Part shown: one piece after another, positions 48,201-57,499 of the stretch | How positions within the stretch are numbered: the stretch's first letter is position 1 | Layout of the letters: the number at the start of each line of letters is the position of its first letter | Assembly: GCF_000372725.1 (NCBI RefSeq) | Contig: NW_005201912.1 | Coordinates: 253,711 to 317,710 of the forward strand | Origin: Emiliania huxleyi CCMP1516 | Lineage: Eukaryota | Length of the DNA: 64,000 bases | Direction: 5' to 3' | Translations under genes and position numbers: made by a program | The notes under the pieces: generated by a model | Databases searched by the model: none | What the model saw: only the letters and a program-made list of their open reading frames with translations | What the model was told of the DNA's origin: nothing

Positions 48201-51200
48201 TCCTACTCGCACATCTCAGCGGGCGAGGACCACACCTGCGCTCTGAGGTCTGACAACGGGCACGCTGAATGCTGGGGGTCGGATGAGGACGGAGAGAGCT
48301 CCCCACCGCCAGGCGTGGCCTACAATCAAATCGCTGCGGGGGGCGAGCACACCTGCGCGCTAAGGGACAATGGGCAGATCGAGTGCTGGGGCAGTGACGA
48401 GGAGGGGATTGTCCCATGGTGGTCGATCGACTGCTCCGCTGAGATTCGTTTCGGCTTCTGCCAGACGGAGTGCGCCATCTTTGCCTACTGCGAGGATGAG
48501 GAGACAGAGGATGAGAACTGCAAAAGGGAGCCTGCGGCCTGCGGCTCCAAGTGCGCTAGATTCTTGCGCTGTCCTCCAGCGCCGCCCGCTCCACCTTCTT
48601 CGGCGCCGTACTACTCTGCCATCGAGTACCTCTCCAGCGACTGCTCTGGAGCACTCTGGCGGGTATGGTCGGTCCCGTCCGTCGCGACCAGCGCGGAGGA
48701 ATCGAACGCCTCTTGCCTGCCTGCCTCCACGCCTGGGGGGGCCTCCTCTTCTAACGTGTGGTGTGACTTTACCGGTCCGCAGCCCAAGTTGCAGGGCACG
48801 TCCTTCATGCCGCCTCTCCCTCCTAATTCGTCCGCGACATGCGACGAGGCGAGCTGGCCTGACAAGGACGGCGGCTGTGGCGAGTGCAAGGTCTTCGTAG
48901 GACTCGGCAACTTCGAGTCCTACGGCAGCTGTGGCGGCTACTGCGCCTCGATTGGCCGCTCTTGCACGGGTGCGTGGGAGGGGAGTGACGATAGCTGCGC
49001 GATCAAGTATGAGACAACGTGCGATCACTCCATCGACTTAAGCGACGACGACGGCGACGACGAAGGCGCCACAGCAATCTGCGAGTGTGCAGCGCTCTAC
49101 TCCAACAACTGCAGCACGACTGGAGGGGGCTTCGGGAGTGACGGGAATGGCATCGTTGCTAACGGCTCGACCTGCGTTGACTACGGCAACGGCTACTCGG
49201 GTCTGTTCCTGTGCGTGGATGTCCCCTCACCTCCGTCGCCACCGCCTCCGTCGCCGCCGCCACCGTCGCCGCCGCCACCGTCGCCGCCGCCACCGTCGCC
49301 GCCGCCACCGTCGCCGCCGCCACCGTCGCCGCCGCCACCGTCGCCGCCGCCACCATCACTGCCGTCACCCTCGCCGCGGCCTCCCTCGCCGCCGCTGCAC
49401 CCGCCATCGCTGCCACCGGCTGCGCCGCCCCCGCCGGTCATGCCGCCGCCGCCACCCTTTCTGCCAGGCACTGCGCCCTCGCCTTCGCCTCCCTCGCCGC
49501 CGCCACCCTCGCCCCCGCCTTCGCCACCGTCGCCGCCGTCGCCCCCGCTGGCCATCGTAGTCAGAGCCTCTACGGTTATGAACGTGACGGAGCCAAAGGC
49601 CCTCGGCAACACGACGGTCGAGCAGTTGATGGGCGAAATCGAGTTGGCGCTGAGTCAAATCAACCGTCGGCGCCTGCACGACCAGCGCCGAAGGCTTGGG
49701 GTGGAGAACGTGCGCGTGTGCCAGCAGTCGCGCTATGTACTGGATCCAGATTTTCAGAACCCACTGATCGATCAGTGGGTGACTGTGGTGGACTCCTGGT
49801 ACAGCGAGTGGTGCAAGGACCCTTACCGAGGAGGCGGAGGCACCTGCACCGCCGACGAGGAGGGCGCCGACAGCTTCATGATCACCTGGGGACCTTGCGG
49901 CGATGCGTGCCGCAGCACGGGCTGTGAAGCCATGCCGAACGGTCGACGGTTGGACTCGCCACCTGATCCGTACCTAGAGTCAAGGCCCCTCGTCGTCAGC
50001 ATCAAGATCGAGTACGACAAGGTTGTGGAATACAACCCCGACGACCTTGCCGGCGGCGGCCTGGACGACCAAGCCAACCGGTCGACCGTCGAGGTTGTCA
50101 TCGCCGTCGAGCAAGCGATCGGAGGGCTGTGCCCGCAATGCACCGTGACGTCAGATCCCGATCCTACCATCTTCCCGCCCCGTCCCCCGCCGACGCCACC
50201 GCCGCTGCCGCCACCGACACCGCCGCCCTCGCCGCCGCCGAGCCAGCCTCCACCAAGCCCACCGCCCAGCCCGCCGCCGTCAAAGCTCCCTCTGGTGATT
50301 GGTACGACGGTTCCGGCGAGCGTTGTCGTGCTCCTGGCGATCGCCGCCGCCTACTACCGGCGCCGAGTGCGGAGCAGGATGGTTGCGCCGGTGCGGCGCA
50401 GCACCGCGGTGTTCGAGGAGGCGCCGCAGGAGAAGCGGGTGTGGCGATGGAGCGAAGTGCCGGCGCTCGTCAAGTCGATGTCTGTGAAGCTGCTCAAGGT
50501 CGCGGACGGCGATGCTGTCGACGACGAGCTGCCAAACGGCGGGGACGGAGGCTTGCGTGTCGAGACCAGCCTGCTCCGCGACGCCTTTGAGGCGGCCATG
50601 GACTGCTTCGGCCATCTTGCGTTGGAGGATGTGCGGCTAGAAGTGCGCCGTCAGGCGGCAGCACTGATCCAGAGAGCGTGGCTGCGCAAGGCGGGTGGAC
50701 GGCCGCTCCCAAAGAAGAGGGCGGCGGGCATGGGGGGCTACGGCAAGTTTGGAGGCAACATCAAGCAGATGATCACTGGCGAGCCAAAGCAGGCTGCATT
50801 GGGACTGCACTACCTGCTTGGCGTGAGGGAAGCGGAGACGGCGCCAATGATGGTCGACCCCGTTCAATCTATCCGGGAGGAGTTCCTGCGCCACGGCACC
50901 GCAGACGACCGGTGGTGCCTCGAGTACGTCCTCTCCTCTTCGGCTGGCGCGACGGACCGGGAGTGGCCAAACGGCGCGGGCCGAGAGAGACCGCAGTAAG
51001 CTCGAGTCCATGACGCATCCATGACCATGACATGTCCACGCCACACGCCCCATAGGCAAGATGGACGAGGGGCGGAGCGGCGAGAGGTTTGAAGACTTTG
51101 TGAGCCACTCGAGCGCGAGAGAGGCAGGGCTCGATGCAGGCCAACCCCCATCCCTCGCCTATCCCTTGCCCCGCCTCCACCGCCGCCTCATCCGCTCCTA

Positions 51201-51911
51201 GAGAAGCAAGAGCGTGTTCTCACTACGAGCTTAGGCCACGTGCTCGCTCTCCGCTTGTACACGACCAACGCGTACCGCTCCCTCAACGACCCGCTGCGCA
51301 ACAAGGAGCGCGAGGAAGCGCATCCCTTCCCGGTGAGCACACCACGTCTTGAGCTCGTGCACGGAAGCGCCCTTATCAACGCACGTGCTGTGATCAGGTG
51401 ACGATGCTCAAGCTCTCGGACGGCATCAAGAAGCTCCGCGCGGTCGCCGCCGACCTCGCCGGCGGCCACGAGCCGGCCGACCTCTTTCGCGGCGCGCACT
51501 AGAGCCTCCGATTTTTAGCTGAGAGACCGGTCGCGATAAACACTTCGTGGCCGAGGCCGCGCCCTTATCACCCCTCGCGCTGCTGCCGTGGTAGGCATGC
51601 GTGACATGGAGGTGGACGCCGAGTTTGAGCGGCAGGGCGGCTCCGAGCTCGCCTGCATGTCGACGACGACCGATCTGGCGGTGGCGCTCCGCTACTCCGC
51701 CAGCCAGGCGAGCCTGCTGCTAAAGCTGCGCACCTCCTCCTTCATGGACCGCGGCGCCGACATCGCCTTCCTCTCCGCCTTCCCGGGCGAGCGCGAGGTG
51801 CTCTTCCCGCCGCTCACCTACTTGCAGCCGACGGGGCGGAAGGAGGTGCTCGAGTTTGGCGAGGGGGCCAAATGCACCGTCGTCGAGGTGAGCGTGCGAT
51901 TCCCGAGCTGA
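45279..51911 (+). CDS. Type-I membrane receptor-like protein (~2,095 aa) with cytoplasmic ADP-ribosyltransferase; exons 45279-50973, 51056-51139, 51235-51332, 51398-51491, 51595-51911
   Basis: Hydrophobic N-terminal segment WLLLILLLSAPSAAS; 4 Cys-rich repeats; ~7 RCC1/BLIP-II-like repeats (ISAGxxHTCAL...ECWG); SPPPP stalks; TM LPLVIGTTVPASVVVLLAIAAAYY-RRR; IQ-like AAALIQRAWLRK; ART motifs ALRLYT..AYRSLN, LFRG, MSTTT, EREVLFPP. Confidence 0.85.
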
Positions 51912-52083
51912 GCCCGGGGGACAGCAACGTAAGTAGGTCTATTGTCCCAGGTTCCGAAGTAATCTGAAATTCATCCAAAACGAAAAGCGAAAAACATGGT
52001 TTAGCGGGATCTGGGAAAAGAAACACGGATCGAGGGGGGCTGCCGCCAGCGGAAGAGTGACTGTGCTAGATAGACAGAGGAGC

Positions 52084-53421
52084 TCAGACGGCTGCACCGA
52101 CCTCCACGCCATGGGCAAGGCGCACGGGGCCAAAGGCCCAGACGTCATTGTCGATGCGCAAGTAGTTGACGGGGTCAAAGAAGTTGAACGTCTCGCGGTC
52201 TCCACCAAAGGTGTAGATGGACGAATCCGACGACGATGACGACACGATCGCGGCGAAGTCGTATTTCACGTCGGCCGATGTGGTGGCGCTCCACGGCCTA
52301 GCCGCGAGGAGGGACCACTTCTCGCCATCGGCCGAGGTCCACATGTCGACGGGGTTGTCTTCCCCGATGCCCGTCTCGTCCGGTCGAAAGCCGCCAAACA
52401 GGACGAACCGATCGGCCAGTGGCAGCACCCAGTGCCCTGGGCGCGACGGCCACGGTGCCTCTGCAGTGACTCGCTCCCACCTAGCGCCGTCGCGCGTGCG
52501 CCACACATCGTTAAAGTACGGGAGCACACCGTCGACATCGGCCAGGAAGCCACACTCGCCGCCGAAGAGAAAGAGAGCGTCGCCCATCACCGCGAGCGCC
52601 GCGCCCGCACGCTTAGCCCACGGCGCGTGCTCGGCCAGCTGCGTCCAGTTCGCCCCGTCCTGAGAGCGCCACACGTCGTTGTGATAGATCCTAGCGCTTG
52701 GCCCTGCCAGGATTGCAGCGTCGTCGTTCACTGAGCCGCCGAGGACAACCAGCGCGCCGTCAAAGGTGATTGCACTCAGGCCCGCGCGACTCGTCCAGCC
52801 AGCATGCTCCGTCTCGCGACGCCAGGCCACGCCATCGTTTGTGCTCCAGACGTCGTTGAAGAAGTCGGACGCAGCGACCATTGCGTCTCCCGCGATGCCA
52901 GGGGGCGGACCGGCGGCGTCTCCAGGCGGACCGCCACCACCTTGCATCCCAGCAGGCGGACCGGCGGCGTCTCCAGGCGGACCGCCACCACCTTGCATCC
53001 CAGCGCCCGGTGCCGCGACGACCTTGTAGTTCTGCCCGCCCATCACGTATGCGCGATCGCCGAGCACAATACACTTGAAGTACGCCCGAGGTGCCCAGTG
53101 CGAGCCGCCATTCTCGGCGATCTGCGTCCAGGTGACGCCGTCATCAGCACTCTCCCAGACGTCGCTCCAGACTTGGCTGTCGCCGGGAATCGGAACCGGC
53201 GTACTTGGAGCGCCTGCCGTTCTTCCTCCCATGAGGACGAACTTCTCATTGATCTCGACAACCTGCAAGCCCGCTCGCCGCGTCCACGGCGCAGCCTTGT
53301 TGACAAGTCTCCACTCGGCCTCGTCGAGAAGGCTCGGCTCAGGCGCCTCGGGAAGGGCGGAGAACGCAGCCACACGAGTCGCAAGCAGGGCCAGCAGCGT
53401 GCCTCGAAAGGGAGCGCGCAT
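52084..53421 (-). CDS. Secreted Kelch-like beta-propeller with Asp-box-like motifs; intronless
   Basis: Signal peptide; repeated PWxxR...hhhGG...NDVW(S/R)SxDGxxW blades. Confidence 0.75.
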   Translation of the reverse strand: MRAPFRGTLLALLATRVAAFSALPEAPEPSLLDEAEWRLVNKAAPWTRRAGLQVVEINEKFVLMGGRTAGAPSTPVPIPGDSQVWSDVWESADDGVTWTQIAENGGSHWAPRAYFKCIVLGDRAYVMGGQNYKVVAAPGAGMQGGGGPPGDAAGPPAGMQGGGGPPGDAAGPPPGIAGDAMVAASDFFNDVWSTNDGVAWRRETEHAGWTSRAGLSAITFDGALVVLGGSVNDDAAILAGPSARIYHNDVWRSQDGANWTQLAEHAPWAKRAGAALAVMGDALFLFGGECGFLADVDGVLPYFNDVWRTRDGARWERVTAEAPWPSRPGHWVLPLADRFVLFGGFRPDETGIGEDNPVDMWTSADGEKWSLLAARPWSATTSADVKYDFAAIVSSSSSDSSIYTFGGDRETFNFFDPVNYLRIDNDVWAFGPVRLAHGVEVGAAV

Positions 53422-53778
53422 TGGCGAGCGCACACACTCGCGGAAGACGGCAATCGGGGCACGCTTGACCTCCGTTTGACCTCGTAGAAACCGAGCTCGT
53501 CTTAGGTTTCCGAGGATATCCTTTGACCGCGTTGGGTAGCGAGGATTGGTGTGACGCGATCCACGCAGGCGTCAGAGAGTTAGGAAAAGGCGACACACAG
53601 TCCGACCAACGACTGGGACACCAACGCGGCATGGGTGGACGCGGGACGGGTGATAAACGACCACCTAAAAAAGAAAAAACCGCGCGCCTCCGGGCGACGG
53701 CACAAGCACCCAAAGCTCGAAACCGAGGCAGCTCGCCGGCACAAGAACCCAAAGCACACACCGAGGCAGAATTCGCTT

Positions 53779-54642
53779 ATGCTGCCATCGCTCGTCGCGG
53801 CTGCCGTCGTGGCCGCCGCCGCCGTAGTGCTGCCTCGCGCCCTGCCACCCTCGCCGCGCGCGAGCATCGCGATGGAGCTGCGCATGCCCGCCGACCTGAC
53901 GACGGTTGACCAGCTGATCCAGCGGACAAAGGACAACCTGCAGGAGGGCCTCGTCGTCGTGCTGCACTTTGACGACCCATACGCAGCACCCAACACGTGG
54001 GACTACTCGTATGCCGCCACGTCCGAGACGTCCAGCGAGCGGCTGCTCGAGATCTCAAACGAGTTTTCGGTGTCGGAGGAGCGGGGAGGGAGGCCGGTCA
54101 TCTTCCTTCAGATCGACCGCACGATGGCCGGGATGGACGTCATCTGCTCCAAGCGGGGCGTCAACGCCTTCCCGACCCTGCAGGTCTGGTCGCGCGGCCA
54201 GGGCGAGGACGTCAAGGTCGGCGAGCTCACGCAGACGCTCCTCGCTCTCGGCGCTGCGTCTCGCTCAACTGCTGCGCGGGCAGAGGGAGGTTACGGGCGG
54301 CCAGCCGGCACCGCACCGGTCGACATGTTTGGCGTGGGCAGCGGAGGCGCGAGGCTGACGCAGGAGGGGATTCGAAGCGCGATGCGCAAGGCGCCGCAGC
54401 AGGGCGGAAGCAGGGGCGGCGGCAGCGCGAGGCAGTCGGTGCCGGGCGGTGAGGAGGAGGAGGAGGAGCTCGCGCCTCCCGCCGCCGCGGCGGCCCTCGA
54501 GGGCGAGCCGGCTGCCGACGACGTCGACGCCCAGCTCGCCGCCCTCGAGGCGCAGATCAGGGGAGTCAGGCGGGAGGCGCAGCTGGACGCCCTCTTCGCG
54601 GAGCCGAACTGGGACGACGACGACCTGCCGCCTCCGATATGA
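53779..54642 (+). CDS. Thioredoxin-like fold protein without CxxC, probably with a signal/transit peptide
   Basis: VVVLHF...IFLQID...GVNAFPTLQVWSRG; hydrophobic N-terminus. Confidence 0.55.
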   Translation: MLPSLVAAAVVAAAAVVLPRALPPSPRASIAMELRMPADLTTVDQLIQRTKDNLQEGLVVVLHFDDPYAAPNTWDYSYAATSETSSERLLEISNEFSVSEERGGRPVIFLQIDRTMAGMDVICSKRGVNAFPTLQVWSRGQGEDVKVGELTQTLLALGAASRSTAARAEGGYGRPAGTAPVDMFGVGSGGARLTQEGIRSAMRKAPQQGGSRGGGSARQSVPGGEEEEEELAPPAAAAALEGEPAADDVDAQLAALEAQIRGVRREAQLDALFAEPNWDDDDLPPPI

Positions 54643-55093
54643 GATGACTCCGGCGTGTGGGCATTGGGCGGTGGTTGTGTGAGAGTATGTACTAGAGATG
54701 GTGGCGGCTGTCGGTATGTATTTTATCGAGAGAGCGCAGAGAGCAGGTGATGAGAAATTTTTATCAGTCCACTTTGGTCTTTGCACTTAGATCTTATCTT
54801 AGTTAGAGGCGGCGTTTTTCTTCTTGTGTTCTTCTTCGCATGCCGATCGCATCCAAGTTACTAATACTTCCAAGGCGCAGCCGCCTCCATTGCTGTTTGC
54901 TGTTTGCTCTCAGCCGCACGCCGTGTCGGCACCGTCCTAGAGTGCGCCCCGCCAGCCTCCTCACGCGACTCCAATATGGCATTTCTTTTGCGCTTTACCT
55001 TCGCCCAACCCCATAAAAAAGCCATTTCAACAAGTAAAAAGCTCGCCAAACAAAGCGGGTCATTGTCCCCCTGAGGTTGATCGTAAAGGTGCC

Positions 55094-57322
55094 ATGGTTC
55101 GACCGCCGCGCCGCCCGCGGTCGACGGCGTCACAGCAGCCAACGCAGCTGCTGGCGGCGAGCCTGGTTGCCTCTGCGATGGCTGACGACCTATTCTGCGT
55201 CAACGGGCGGCAGCTCCCGCACCTTCTGCTGCTCGGCGGCCAAATGTGCGGCACCACGAGCTTCTCGTTCCAGATGCAAGAGGAGTGGAGGATCAAACCA
55301 TCGTTGACCAGCCACAAGGCGGTGCACTATTTTGATCAGGCGGGCGCCAACTCCATCGAGGAGTACGCTGAGCACTTCCCGGAGTGCGGACCGGATGTCC
55401 TCACCTTTGACGGCACTCCCTATGTGACGTCGTCATTCATTGAGCGCAACGTGCGGCAAATCAAGGAGGCGTACGGGCCGGCGCGGCTCAACAGAACAAC
55501 GTTTGCACTCCTGCTGTGCGACTCCGCGCAACGCGCCCAATCCTACACATACCACATGGGCACGGGTGACTTCCGCAGCGCTGCAGCTGGCGAGCTCGGC
55601 GCAGACCTAGCCTTCACGGGCGGGCTGTACGGCGCGCAGGCCGACCTGATTGCGCGCGAGTTGAGTCAGCTCGCCGTCATTCCGTCGGCCGTCTACTACG
55701 AGAATGCGACGCTCGCCATCGGCGAGCTGCTCGAGCTCGTGAGCAGGCGCTCGGGGCGGCCGCTGCCGCCAAGCGACGCGAGCCAGCATCAGGAGCGGGC
55801 GGCCACGAGAAACACCGCTGAGGGCCACGCCGAGGACGATGCCGCCAAGGCGCACCCGCCGCTGGTTGATGACATCAACCCGAGTGGCATGCCTCGGCTG
55901 GCGGACTTTTTCCGCGCGTCCAACAATCGGATCTACGCTCTTGCCGCCGGTGTCGATCCGCGGGTGACGCTGCTGCCCTCTCGAGACAAGTGGCCGGTGG
56001 GAGTGCCATCGCACTGGCTCGAGACGTCGCCCGTCCTCGCCCCCTACGTCCGGGAGTGGATGCCTCCGCCTCCGCCGCTGCCACCCTCGGCGCCTGACCT
56101 CTTCTGTGTCAACGGGCGGCGGATCCCTCACCTATTGTTGCTCGGGTCTCAAAAGTGCGGCACCACTAGCTTTTCCGACCAGCTCCGCATCGAATGGGCG
56201 ATCAGCTCGGCCACGACGACGACCAAGGAGGTGCACTACTTTGACAAGCAGGACGGGAGCGCCGTCTCGCTCGAAGGCTACGCGGAGAACTTCCCGCCGT
56301 GCGGGCCGGACGTCCTCACCTTCGACGCCACACCCAACTACCTCTCAAATCCCTACAAGATGAACGCGAGCCAGCATCAGGAGCGGGCGGCCACGAGAAA
56401 CACCGCTGAGGGCCACGCCGAGGACGATGCCGCCAAGGCGCACCCGCCGCTGGTTGATGACATCAACCCGAGTGACATGCCTCGGCTGGCGGACTTTTTC
56501 CGCGCGTCCAACAATCGGATCTACGCTCTTGCCGCCGGTGTCGATCCGCGGGTGACGCTGCTGCCCTCTCGAGACAAGTGGCCGGCGGGGGTGCCATCGC
56601 ACTGGCTCGAGACGTCTGAGGTCCTAAGCCCATTCGTCGTATCCATTCCACCTGCCCCTGTGCTTCGCGGCTCGGACGCCACATTCCACCCCGGTCACGA
56701 CTACGAGACGACCTCGGCAGCGGCCGCTGCAATGGCCGCAGCCGAGGCGGCAGAGGCGGAAATAGAGGCGGCAGATTTGGAAGGGAGGGAGGGTGTTCTT
56801 CATGTGGTGCCGACGCCCGCCCACACGACGACTTCGGCCGAGGCCACGGTTAGGGCAGCAGCCATGGCTGTGGAGGCGGAGGTAGAAGCGGCAGCCGCGG
56901 CCGCTGCCGGCGCGGGGGCTGCCCCAGCCGCACGCCCAACGCATGTACACACAACGACATCCGCAGATGCCGCCGCCATGGCGGCGGCAGAGGCGGCAGA
57001 GGCGGCGGCGGCCGCCGCTGCCATCGCAGCCGAGGCAGCGGCCAACGCGGCGGCTGTGGCAAGAAGCAGCCTCGGGATGGCGCAGCCGCTGACATACAGG
57101 GATGCTGCAATCAACCCGTTTGTGCAATGGGCAACTGACCCCGTTGGTGCGGCGCCGGCAATGGAGCTGCCGTCAGAGGAGATGACGGCGACAAACGAGT
57201 CGCAGACGACGACGATTTCCTTCCGGAGGCCTCCGCCTCCCTCGCCGGTGTCGTTATCCTTTCGGCCGCCGTCGCCCGCGCCGTTCCTCGACGCGAACGT
57301 CACCGACGGGGAGAATCCATAG
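55094..57322 (+). CDS. Sulfotransferase-family protein with two tandem domains and an Ala-rich tail; intronless
   Basis: 5'-PSB motifs PHLLLLGGQMCGTTS and PHLLLLGSQKCGTTS; KEVHYFD; FDATPNY. Confidence 0.8.
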   Translation: MVRPPRRPRSTASQQPTQLLAASLVASAMADDLFCVNGRQLPHLLLLGGQMCGTTSFSFQMQEEWRIKPSLTSHKAVHYFDQAGANSIEEYAEHFPECGPDVLTFDGTPYVTSSFIERNVRQIKEAYGPARLNRTTFALLLCDSAQRAQSYTYHMGTGDFRSAAAGELGADLAFTGGLYGAQADLIARELSQLAVIPSAVYYENATLAIGELLELVSRRSGRPLPPSDASQHQERAATRNTAEGHAEDDAAKAHPPLVDDINPSGMPRLADFFRASNNRIYALAAGVDPRVTLLPSRDKWPVGVPSHWLETSPVLAPYVREWMPPPPPLPPSAPDLFCVNGRRIPHLLLLGSQKCGTTSFSDQLRIEWAISSATTTTKEVHYFDKQDGSAVSLEGYAENFPPCGPDVLTFDATPNYLSNPYKMNASQHQERAATRNTAEGHAEDDAAKAHPPLVDDINPSDMPRLADFFRASNNRIYALAAGVDPRVTLLPSRDKWPAGVPSHWLETSEVLSPFVVSIPPAPVLRGSDATFHPGHDYETTSAAAAAMAAAEAAEAEIEAADLEGREGVLHVVPTPAHTTTSAEATVRAAAMAVEAEVEAAAAAAAGAGAAPAARPTHVHTTTSADAAAMAAAEAAEAAAAAAAIAAEAAANAAAVARSSLGMAQPLTYRDAAINPFVQWATDPVGAAPAMELPSEEMTATNESQTTTISFRRPPPPSPVSLSFRPPSPAPFLDANVTDGENP

Positions 57323-57499
57323 GCGTAGAGGGCTAGTTTGAGCGTTTGGGCAGACACTCCGATCTTTGTGAAGCCATAAAGAAAAGTGAGACCATGACGT
57401 TTTTCTTCTTCTTCGCATTGCGATCGCATCCAAGGCGCAGCCGCCTCCATTCGCTCGCAGCCGCACGCCGTGGGCCCGGCCTCGTTAGAGCGCTCCACG

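Noticed and set aside
51588..51911. Stand-alone 107-aa gene
   Set aside because: Better explained as the last exon of the receptor-ART gene, since the catalytic Arg motif is in the previous exon.
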